64,000 nucleotides of DNA from Octopus vulgaris (lineage: Eukaryota). The translations under genes and the position numbers were made by a program. Positions 1 to 10,573 of the stretch are shown here, one piece after another. Location of the stretch: contig OX597815.1 of NCBI GenBank assembly GCA_951406725.2, forward strand, positions 206,150,001 to 206,214,000, written 5' to 3'. How positions within the stretch are numbered: position 1 is the first letter of the stretch; every line of letters starts with the position of its first letter. The notes under the pieces were generated by a model. It was not told the origin of the DNA, did no database searches, and saw only the letters and a list, made by a program, of their open reading frames with translations.

Positions 1-213
<213 letters not shown>

Positions 214-2133
214 ACATTGCATCCTACGGTGCACTGTAGGATAGGGCCACTCCTTGAAAAGGATGGCACACTCACAGGAAAACCAATGAGGGTAAGTGAA
301 ATACTGAATGAACAATTCAAGAGTGTTTTCACTCCACCCCTTGGGCATTTCCAAATCAGCAATCCAACTGACTTCTTTACCACTGCAGATATAGGATCAG
401 AGGCGGCGACGATAAATTACATCGATATAAAGGAAGACGATGTAATAAAGGCCATAGATGAAATGAAAACAGACTCAGCTATTGGCCCCGATGGATTCCC
501 TGCAATCCTCCTTAAAGTATGTAAGAGAGTCCTAGCAAGACCACTGCAGATCCTCTTTCAGAGCTTCCTAGCAGCTGGCAAACTTCCAAGAAAACTGAAG
601 GAAGGTAAAATATGCCCTATTCATAAAGGAGGTAGCAGAGCGGAGGCCAAGAACTACAGACCTATCTCTCTGACCTCACACATCAGCAAGGTCATGGAAC
701 GAATAGTCAGAAGGAAACTAATCACCTTCCTTGAAGAAAATGACTTGCTGCCTGACACCCAACATGGTTTCCGATTAGGAAGAAGCTGCATAACTCAGCT
801 CCTGCAGCACTATGACTTGGTGCTGAAACAACTGCTCAACCACTCAAATGTGGAAGTCATATATCTCGACTTCGCAAAGGCCTTCGATAAAGTCGATCAT
901 GGAATGATATGTCACAAACTGCGTGATCTTGGCATAGTTGGAAAATTGGGAGAATGGCTTCATGACTTCTGAAGAATAGAAGCCAGGTGGTAGCAGCCAA
1001 TGGGGCCACTTTCATTAGCACGCAAATAGTGAGCGGTGTTCTGCAGGGCACTGTTTTGGGACCACTACTGTTCATAATGGCCCTCTCAGACATGCCCTCA
1101 GCCATGCAGAAAGCCACAATCACAAGTTATGCAGATGATACAAAAGTTTCACAGGCAGTACAGAACCCTGAAGACACTAAGCACCTGCAATGTGAGGTGG
1201 ACGAAATATACAAGTGGGCTGAAAAGAATAGCATGCAGTTCAATGCTGAAAAGTTTCAAGCTTTATATTATCAGCATGCAAAACTGAATGCAATACCCAA
1301 TGAATACACTGGACCCGGAGGGATCGCAATCCCAGAGGCACAATCAGTGCGTGACCTGGGTATTCACATGAGTGATGACGCGACCTTTCATGTACAGGTT
1401 GCTAAACTGACAATGAAATGTAGACGGCTGGCTGGATGGATTCTTAGAACCTTTAGAACAAGAGAACAAGAAACCATGATGGTCCTCTGGAAGACACTTG
1501 TCCTAAGCCACTTTGACTATTGTTCTCAGCTATGGTCACCATCCAGTGTCAAGTTGGTCACAGAACTTGAGGCGATCCAACGAAGCTACACGAAGAAGAT
1601 AGCCTCTGTGCAGCATATGAGCTACTGGGAGAGACTCAAGAGATTAAAGCTCTATTCCCTGGAGCGTAGGCGAGAAAGATATGCCATAATATATATCTGG
1701 AAGATCCTGGAGGGTCTTGTCCCAGACTTTGGCATCGAGAGTCACACAAATGCCAGAACCGGACGCCACTGCGTAGTACCAAGTACTCCAAATTTGCCAT
1801 CAAGATGTAGGACAAGATATTGTGATAGCCTGGGCTTCAGAGGCCCACGGCTCTTCAATATCCTCCCGAAGAACCTGAGGGACCTGCATGGTGTGGATGC
1901 GGATGTCTTTAAAGTAGGACTGGATCTTTTCCTGTCAGGTGTCCCGGATGAGCCAACTTCACGGCAGGAGGTGCAGATGAGGGCAGCTGCATCGAACTCT
2001 CTCATGCATCAGATGGCGTTTGCTAAAAAGCATCCGTGAGGTAAAATCGTGTAGCAAACCAAATGGCGGTGGCCCAGCATGGCCACAGCTCATTAGCTGA
2101 AACTGGAAAAATCAAAAATCAAAATCAAAATCA
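214..2133 (+). mobile_element. 5'-truncated CR1-group LINE (RT region to 3' tail), frameshifted
   Basis: ORFs 217-972 and 987-2039 carry [38 protein letters not shown] and YSLERRRERY. A 1-nt deletion at ~968 relative to the copy at ~51768 breaks the frame. It ends in a CCCAGCATGGCC 3'UTR motif and an (AAAATC)n tail. Confidence 0.92.
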
Positions 2134-2570
2134 TATATATACATATATATTTACATATATATACATATATATTTACATATATATACATATATATTTACAT
2201 ATATATACATATATATTTACATATATATACATATATATTTACATATATATACATATATATTTACATATATACATACATATATACATACATATGTATATAC
2301 ATACATATATACATACATATATATATACATACATACATACATACATATATACATACATACATATATACATACATATATACATACATACATACATACATAC
2401 ATACATACGTACATATATACGTACATACATATATACGTATATACTTACATATATACATACATATATACTTACATATATACATACATATATACTTACATAT
2501 ATACATACATATATACTTACATATATACTTACATATACATACATATATACTTACATATACATACATACAT
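2134..2570. repeat. (TACA/TA)n compound microsatellite
   Basis: Seen directly; source of the spurious YIH-rich ORFs. Confidence 0.95.
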
Positions 2571-3558
2571 GATGACACAAAAGTCTCCCACGCAATACAA
2601 AACCCTGAAAATATTGCGCATCTGCAACATGAGCTGGACACAATATACAGGTGGGCTGAGGACAACAACATGCAGTTTAATGCAGGTATGTTCCAGGCCC
2701 TGCGTTACTGGCGCACAAAGGTAAATGACGTGAAGACTGGATACACTGGCCCAGGAAGAATTGCAATCCCTGAGTCAAAATCAGTGCGTGACCTGGGCAT
2801 TACATGAGCAATGATGCATCTTTCCAAGTGCATATTGCTAATCTGGTGATGAAATGCAGACGGCTGGCTGGATGGATTCTCCGAACTTTCAGAACAAGAG
2901 AGAAGGAGACACTGATGGTCCTATGGAAAACATTCGTCCTCAGCCGCTTGGACTACTGCTCCCAACTTTGGTCACCACACAATATAAAGCTAACAGCAGA
3001 ACTCGAAGCAATTCAGAGAAGCTACACAAAGAAAATCGTCTCAATGCAAAATATGAGCTACTGGGAAAGACTGAAGTTATTAAACCTCTTCTCCCTAGAG
3101 TGGAGGCGGGAGAGATATGCGGTGATATACATCTGGAAAATCCTGGAGGGTCTTGTCCCAAACTTTGGCATTAAAAGTTACTCCAACCGCAGAACGGGTC
3201 GCCACTGCATGGTGCCAAGGATTCCAACATCACCATCAAAATACAGGTCCAGATACTGCAACAGCTTGGGTTTCAGAGGACCACAGCTCTTTAACATCCT
3301 CCCTAAATGCCTGAGAGACTTACATGGTGTGGATGCGGGTTTCTTTAAAACTAAACTGGATCTCTTCTTGTTGGGAGTCCCAGATGAGCCTACCTCACGA
3401 CAGGAGACGCGGATGCGGGCAGCAACATCGAACTCCCTTGTTGATCAAGTGCCACGTATCAGAGGTGGATTCACAAATTAGTGTAGCTCATTCAGCGGTG
3501 GTGCCCCAGCATGGCCGCGGCCTTCGGGCTAAAACATTTTTAAGGATTTAAGGATTTA
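2571..3558 (+). mobile_element. 3' fragment of a second CR1-group LINE subfamily
   Basis: Starts at the DDTK codons; ORF 2804-3481 is homologous to 987-2039. Shares the GCCCCAGCATGGCC 3' motif, has a (TTTAAGGA)n tail and is embedded in a microsatellite. Confidence 0.9.
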
Positions 3559-4960
3559 TACATATATACTTACATATACATACATACATATATACTTACA
3601 TATACATACATACGTATATACTTACATATACATACATACGTATATACTTACATATACATACATACATATATACTTACATATACATACATACATGTATATT
3701 TACATATACATACATATACACATATTTACATATACATACATATACACATATTTACATATACATACATATACATATATTTACATATACATACATATACACA
3801 TACACATATACACACACATACACATATACACATATATATATACATACACATATATATATACACATACACATATACACATATATATATACATACACACATA
3901 TATATACATATACACATATATATACATATACACATATACACACACACATACATATATACACACATACATACATATATACACACATACATACATATATACA
4001 CACATACATACATATATACTCACATATATACATATACACATATATATAAATATACACATATACACATATATATACATATACATATATACATTTATACACA
4101 CATATACATATATACACATATATATACATATACACATATACATATACACATATACACATATATATACATATACACATACATATACATATACACATACATA
4201 TACACATATATATACACATATACACTTGTATATAGATATACACATATTTACATATAATTACATATTTACATATACATACATATACACATATTTACATATA
4301 TATACACATATTTTCATATATATACATATACACATATTTACATACATACACATATACACACACATACACATATATATACACATACACATATACACATATA
4401 TATACACATACACATATACACATATATATACATATACACATATACACACATATATATACATATACACATATATACACATATATATACATATACACATATA
4501 TATACATATACACATACATACATATACACATACATACATATACACATATATATATACATATACACATATATATACATATACACATATATATACATATACA
4601 CATATATATACATATACACATATATATACATATACATATATATATACATATACACATATACATATACATATACACATACATATACACATATATATACATA
4701 TACATATACACATATATATACATATACACATATACACTTATATATATACATATACACTTATATATACATATATATACATATACACATATTTACATATCCA
4801 TACATACACACACACAATTATACATAAACATACATACATACACACATACATACCCATACACACACAAATATACATAAATATACACATAAATATACATACA
4901 TACATGTACATGCATACACATATATGCATACACACACACGCATGTATGTATGTGTGCGTG
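3559..4960. repeat. Long (TACA/CA/TA)n compound microsatellite
   Basis: Seen directly. Confidence 0.95.
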
Positions 4961-5737
4961 TATAGGCAATCAAGACAACAGAAAAAAATATGAAAAACGG
5001 ACGTGTGGACGTACCACGAGCAATGTATTAATAAATATCCTCAGAGAAGGGAAAGAGTAGTAGTTTTAGGTTTCGGGCAAAGCGCTTCTTCGGAAAGAGG
5101 AAAGTCCAAGACGAAGGAGGAAACCAATCGCCCACAATTACGTGCAGTTACATTTTAGAAGTATTTAAATAAAATACAAAAACACAAAGTAAATACTTCT
5201 TTTAAACAAAGTAAATAAAACACAAAAGCACAAAGTAAGGGTCGACCAGTCACACCTAGCTATCGCGGATGCGCGAGTATGCGAGTGCGCGCACCGGGAC
5301 CACTCTTCTTAAGTAGTACCGATTTTGAAGTAGAATAGTTTAACTTATGCTGTCCATATTCGTGGTGGTATCCTTTTACTGAAATTTCACAAAAATTTCA
5401 CGAACAAGAAAGCTTTGTTGAAATAAAATGATGATGGCAGATTTAGTAGCGACTGATAACACAATATTGACTTTATAAAAATAATTCTTTAATTTACGTT
5501 AATTTACAATTGAATAAAGTAGGCAATACTTAATTTACATTCGTATTTTGTTGTTATAAATTTTTTAGACATAAAAAAAATAATGCCAAATAAACTGCAA
5601 GTCAGGTTTTGCTTCCTTTATTTTCGTCAAATTTTCAAGATATCTTTTTCTATAAATTATTAATGGAAAGAGATACATATAAAACGCATATCCTTTACAG
5701 TTCTACAAGATTTGCTTTAAATAGTTTTATATATTCA

Positions 5738-6110
5738 CTAGCAGTATCGTCCGGCGTTGCTCGGATTTGTAAGGGAAATAACTATATAAGCATTTTTAGA
5801 GAGTTATAACCCCAAAATAGCAAAAAAAAAATGCATTAAAAATGGAAAAAAAAAATGGTAATTTTTTTTTTAAATCGTAGACATTTTTAGAGAGTTACTT
5901 CCCTTATATAATAGCGAAAAAATGATGGTAATTCTTTTAAAAAATCGTAGACTCATCGTAGACGCGCGCTAATACCCAGAAGGGCTCGATATGAATCACG
6001 ACCATAAAATACCCAGTTTTGGTTAAACTGCACCGCAAAATGTGGGAGTAGTTAGGAATCTAAATCAGAGTAGACAGACACTCACACAACTTGACTTTTA
6101 TATATAAAGA
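5738..6110 (-). mobile_element. Non-autonomous Helitron (short family A)
   Basis: Minus strand begins TCTTTATATATAAAA and ends in hairpin CCGAGCAACGCCGG + ATACTGCTAG, matching the Helitron 5'-TC / 3'-hairpin-CTAG rule. Confidence 0.8.
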
Positions 6111-6616
6111 CTAGCAGTATCGCCCGGCGTTGCTCGGGTTTGTAAGGGAAATAACTATATAAGCATTTTTAGAGAGTTACTTCCCTTATAAATTCGGGCT
6201 TTCTTAGCCATTTTTGTTTTGGTGTCTTCAAGCCATGAAGTCGTTGTTCTAAAAGAACGCTGGTTTCCTTCACAATGCATTACGACGTTGATTTCTTTAC
6301 ACTCCCTTCCCCACAGCTTCACGAGGGAGGGAAGGGGGAGAAGCAAACAGGTGCAGCTGTGAGCGTGGACGCCAACTCCGCCGCCATCGACATACGATGC
6401 ATTTTATGCATTAAAATGGAATAAAAAATGATGTTAAATTATTTTTAAAATCGTAGACTCATCGTTGACGCGCGCTAATAGTCAGACGGGCTCGATATGA
6501 ATCACGACTATAAGATACCCGAATTTGGTTAAACTGCACCGCAAAATGTGGGAGTAGTTAGGAATCTAAATCGAAGGGGACAGACACTCACACAACTAGA
6601 GTTTTATATATATAGA
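6111..6616 (-). mobile_element. Non-autonomous Helitron family A variant, head-to-tail with the previous copy
   Basis: Same termini with a different internal segment (~6190-6400). On the minus strand the junction reads CTAG|TC with no spacer. Confidence 0.8.
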
Positions 6617-7020
6617 TATGTGAGTAAGTCAAGTGAACCGCATACAGGTTCAATTAATTTTGAAACATAAATGTATCGAACTTGTTGGTTCCAACGCACA
6701 GAGTCTATATAACTGAAATAACCGAGTGATCGTTTTGAGGTGAATTTTACGACGTCGCAAGCGTTTTTAAGAACATTAAGTTTTCTCCGAGAAAAAGTAA
6801 AAAAAATATGTAACAGAAGTCAAACATAGAATAATAATAATAATAATAATAACCAACACCAACACCAACAACCCTTTCTGCTATAGACAAGCGTTTTTAA
6901 GAACATTAAGTTTTCTTCGAGAAAAAGTTTTAAAAATATGTAATTTGAAATGTTCCTTTCTACGTGCTTTAATTCGTTTTCTTTTCTTTTGTTTTTTTAG
7001 AATTATGGATTGGCGCAAGA

Positions 7021-7983
7021 CTATGGTTTGAAATCTTTGAGTTTTGATAATGGTGTGGGCTTTTCCATCCATTCTAATACTTGTTTAACACTAACTACAT
7101 AAACATCTTTTAAAGCAAGAATTTTTTCTAAAAATTTGTTCACTGCAGAAACTTTGTAAGGCGAATAAGCAAACCATGCAGCATGCATACTGAGGCCGAA
7201 TGGGGCACGAGAACTCGTATAATAGGCATTGAAATTATTCCAAAGGTAATCGAAAGCTTCCGTTTCATTGTTTGGTTGATGTAAACAGCCGTCAACATAC
7301 GTGCATTTATAGTTATTATTTTTACCCTGCAAAGGAATGACAGGAACAAGCCAGAATCCTTTAACTGTTTTGCGCGGACAGTTTAAGAAACAAGTATAGG
7401 GCCAAGGGTAGTCTAATGTAGAAGGCCAGATAATGTCATTGGGAGGGCTTCCATCGTAAGTAACCGTTATATCATATTTAAACCCCAGATTGTTTAATAT
7501 TCGAGGTTGTTCCTCACCTGCTGAAGTTAAAAACGGACTTCGCCATCCAACTATATCGTCTGTCTTGACTTCCGCATGTTTAATTAAGTTGTCTCTTTGT
7601 TGTTTGGCCTCTTCTGAAAGATGTGCAGCAGTATCTATTCTCTTGTCATTAACACCATGAACACCAATTTCATGACCAGCATCATAGTATTTTTTGACCA
7701 ATTTGTAGTCTGTATAAAGATCAGATACATAAAGAGACATCGTGATAGGGCAGCCATTGGGATTATTACGGTTATTGGTGAATATTTCATCATAATATTC
7801 GTTAATTAAGGAATTAACTGCATCGTCGAACCCGAAGTATACCATCTGGGGTATATCTGTAACGTTCATTTTTGGAAACCATTTGCTGCTGCAGTAGCAA
7901 TTCGGAGACAAACAATTTTCCTCTTGTTGGCAACCCGCATTGACAGTGGAAACCAGTAGTAAAAATAATAAATAGCGAGTCAT
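7021..7983 (-). CDS. Secreted chitin deacetylase-like protein (CE4/NodB polysaccharide deacetylase), single exon
   Basis: Signal peptide MTRYLLFLLLVSTVNA; CxxxNCxxPxCYCS; FDDAVN; NPNGCPI; GHEIGVH; GWRSPFL; RAPFGLSMH; WMEKPTPL. These match arthropod/mollusc CDA catalytic-domain motifs. Confidence 0.9.
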   Translation of the reverse strand: MTRYLLFLLLVSTVNAGCQQEENCLSPNCYCSSKWFPKMNVTDIPQMVYFGFDDAVNSLINEYYDEIFTNNRNNPNGCPITMSLYVSDLYTDYKLVKKYYDAGHEIGVHGVNDKRIDTAAHLSEEAKQQRDNLIKHAEVKTDDIVGWRSPFLTSAGEEQPRILNNLGFKYDITVTYDGSPPNDIIWPSTLDYPWPYTCFLNCPRKTVKGFWLVPVIPLQGKNNNYKCTYVDGCLHQPNNETEAFDYLWNNFNAYYTSSRAPFGLSMHAAWFAYSPYKVSAVNKFLEKILALKDVYVVSVKQVLEWMEKPTPLSKLKDFKP

Positions 7984-8031
7984 TTTCTTCTGTTGTTTGC
8001 TATTTAGACTGTGACGCTTTTGCCTTCTTTG

Positions 8032-8136
8032 ATCTGAAGCTGTCGTCTGCGATTTTATCTGAAGCTGTCGTCTGCGATTTTATCTGAAGCTGTCGTCTGC
8101 GATTTTATCTGAAGCTGTCGTCTGCGATTTTATCTG
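8032..8136. repeat. 4.2 x 25-bp tandem repeat (ATCTGAAGCTGTCGTCTGCGATTTT) upstream of the CDA start
   Basis: Copies at 8032, 8057, 8082 and 8107. Confidence 0.95.
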
Positions 8137-8151
8137 TATCGACGTTGATCA

Positions 8152-8160
8152 CTTTATATA
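8152..8160 (-). promoter_or_regulatory. Putative TATA box of the CDA-like gene
   Basis: TATATAAAG on the minus strand ~170 nt upstream of the ATG. Confidence 0.45.
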
Positions 8161-8188
8161 TTTATGAATTCGGAATTTAACCGACAGT

Positions 8189-8288
8189 NNNNNNNNNNNN
8201 NNNNNNNNNNNNNNNNNNNNNNNNNNNNNNNNNNNNNNNNNNNNNNNNNNNNNNNNNNNNNNNNNNNNNNNNNNNNNNNNNNNNNNNN
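8189..8288. other. Assembly gap (100 N)
   Basis: Run of N. Confidence 1.
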
Positions 8289-8559
8289 GACTATAAGATA
8301 CCCGGTTTTGGTTAAACTGCACCGCAAAATGTGGGAGTTGTTAGGAATCTAAATCGTAGGAGACAGACACACAACCTCACTTTTATATATAAAGATTTCC
8401 TCTATTTACATAATATTGAGGTCTCTTTCTTTCTTTTGTTATCTTACTGTTTTTACCAATATACATATATATATATATATAAATATATATATATAGTTAC
8501 AGAGATGTACTTGCATAGCAAGTGACTTGATCTGAGATCGTGTGCTGGAACGAAAACAG

Positions 8560-8819
8560 TTGCAGCGTTGAAGGTGTTTATAAGCCATTTAAGAAACACA
8601 CAAAAACCGTTAGATTCACTTCAACATTTAAATTTAATTTGTCAAAATATTTTCGTCGCTTTGAGACCACGACCTGTTAAGCACGATATTTTTGTCAGTG
8701 AACAGGTCGCGGTCTGAAAGCGACGAAAATATTTTGGCAAATTAAATTTAAATGTTGAAGTGAATGTAACGGTTTTTGTGTGTTTCTTAAATGGCTTACA
8801 AACACCTTCCACGCTGCAA
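8560..8819. repeat. ~119-bp-arm inverted repeat with 22-nt loop (in every array unit)
   Basis: 8560-8678 is the reverse complement of 8701-8819 with a few mismatches. Confidence 0.93.
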
Positions 8820-8884
8820 TATATATATACACACATATATATATATGTATGTATGTGTGTATATGTGTATGCATGTATATGTGT

Positions 8885-9112
8885 GTGTGGGTGCGTGTCT
8901 GTGCTTGTGATTGTCCTCCACCATTGCTTGACAACGAATGTTGGTTTGTTTACATACCTGTCACCTAGTGGTTTGACAAAGGAAACAGATAGAATAAGTA
9001 CAATGCTTACAAAAATAAAACTGGAGTTGATTCATTAAACTACAATTCTTCAAGGCATTGCCCCAGCATGGCCACAGACCAATGGCTGGAAAAAGCAGAA
9101 GAATAAAAGAAT
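8885..9112 (+). mobile_element. 3' half of an octopus-type SINE (in every array unit)
   Basis: GCTTGACAAC...GATAGAATAAGTAC...GCCCCAGCATGGCCACAG...AATAAAAGA. The 3' motif is shared with the CR1 tails at ~2070 and ~3500. Confidence 0.7.
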
Positions 9113-9178
9113 ACATTCTCTGCTTTGGTCATATGTTGAAGGCATGAGAAAGCTTGAGTTACATGAGAAGGCCTAACA

Positions 9179-9655
9179 GACCTGGTAGAAACAGCAGCCA
9201 AATCTCCCTCAAATCACACCTTACTGTCTTATGTATGTATATATATATGAGCCAATGAGGGGGACCTCTACATGGTAGCTAGACCTGGTAGAAATAGCAG
9301 CCAAATTTCCCCCAAATCACACCTTACTGTCTTATCTATGTATATATGTATGTATGAGCCTATGAGGGAGACCCCTACATGGCAGCTAGACCTGGTAGAA
9401 ATAGCAGCCAAATTTCCCCCAAATCACACCTTACTGTCTTATCTATGTATATATGTATGTATGAGCCTATGAGGGAGACCCCTACATGGCAGCTCGACCT
9501 GGTAGAAATAGCAGCCAAATTTCCCCCAAATCACACCTTACTGTCTTATCTATGTATATATGTATGTATGAGCCTATGAGGGAGACCCCTACATGGCAGC
9601 TAGACATGGTAGAAATAGCAGCCAAATCTCCCTCAAATCACACCTTACTGTCTTC
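9179..9655 (+). repeat. 107-bp minisatellite (~4.5 copies per array unit)
   Basis: GACCTGGTAGAAATAGCAGCCAAAT core at 9179, 9282, 9389, 9496 and 9603. Confidence 0.95.
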
Positions 9656-10182
9656 ATCTTTCTGCTACTTGGATATAGGTGTTATATTCGTCGTTAAAAA
9701 ACTTTCCTGTCACACACTCACGCACACGCACACACACACACACACACGCACCCTCACACACACACACACGCGCACACCCACACACACCCACTCACACACA
9801 CGCACGTTAGCTTACAATTTTATTTATATATTTGCGTGTCTGTGTGGAAAGAGGAAGTGGAATCAGAGTGAATGAATCACTCACTACAGTAAGTCAATTA
9901 CTTTCATTTTATTCATTGCCCACTGTGTGTGTGCGTTTGCGTGTGGTGTAAACCAGACTAAGAAAAGCATTTGACACACACACCAGAATGTGAGTTTTCT
10001 GTAAATTTATCTTAATTGGAGTTGAAATTTTAAAAACTGGACCTGGCATGACGCGATGCATTGTACTCTTAAAAATCCTAGGTAAATTGTAATTGAAGAA
10101 ATCCTATATTGTAGATTTGTATAACTCCCAAAGGGAGGCAGATAAAATCTGCCTTTTATAATAAGAGATATATATATATATA

Positions 10183-10573
10183 CTAGCAGTATCGCCCGGC
10201 GTTGCTCGGGTTTGTAACGGAAATAATTATATAAGCATTTTTAGAGATGTAAAGTATAATAGCCATCTCAATATGGCTAAACACAAAGGGGAGGGTGTTA
10301 CTGTAGCTTTTTACGTTCTGAGATTTAATAATAAATTTTAGAGAGTTACTTCCCTTATATATGTCAAAAATGGATTAAAAATGGGAAAAATTGATGGTAA
10401 ATTTTTTTAAATCGTAGACTCATCGTAGACGCGCGCTAATACCCAGACGGTCTCGATATGAATCACGACTATAAGATACCCGGTTTTGGTTAAACTGCAC
10501 CGCAAAATGTGGGAGTTGTTAGGAATCTAAATCGTAGGAGACAGACACACAACCTCACTTTTATATATAAAGA
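10183..10573 (-). mobile_element. Helitron family A copy forming the 3' end of each array unit
   Basis: CTAGCAGTATCGCCCGGCGTTGCTCGGG ... TTTTATATATAAAGA on plus, repeated in each unit. Confidence 0.8.

Noticed and set aside
2063-4993. Long YIHT/MYVC-rich ORFs (up to 433 aa), and similar ones at 46512-46843 and 61164-61954
   Set aside because: Translations of stop-poor TA/CA microsatellites.
7021-8400. Functional link between the CDA gene and the macrosatellite
   Set aside because: They are separated by an unsized 100-N gap, so adjacency is unverified.
9179-9655. CRISPR-like regular repeats (also 57301-60810 and 8032-8136)
   Set aside because: The intervening sequences are identical rather than unique spacers; eukaryotic context, no cas genes.
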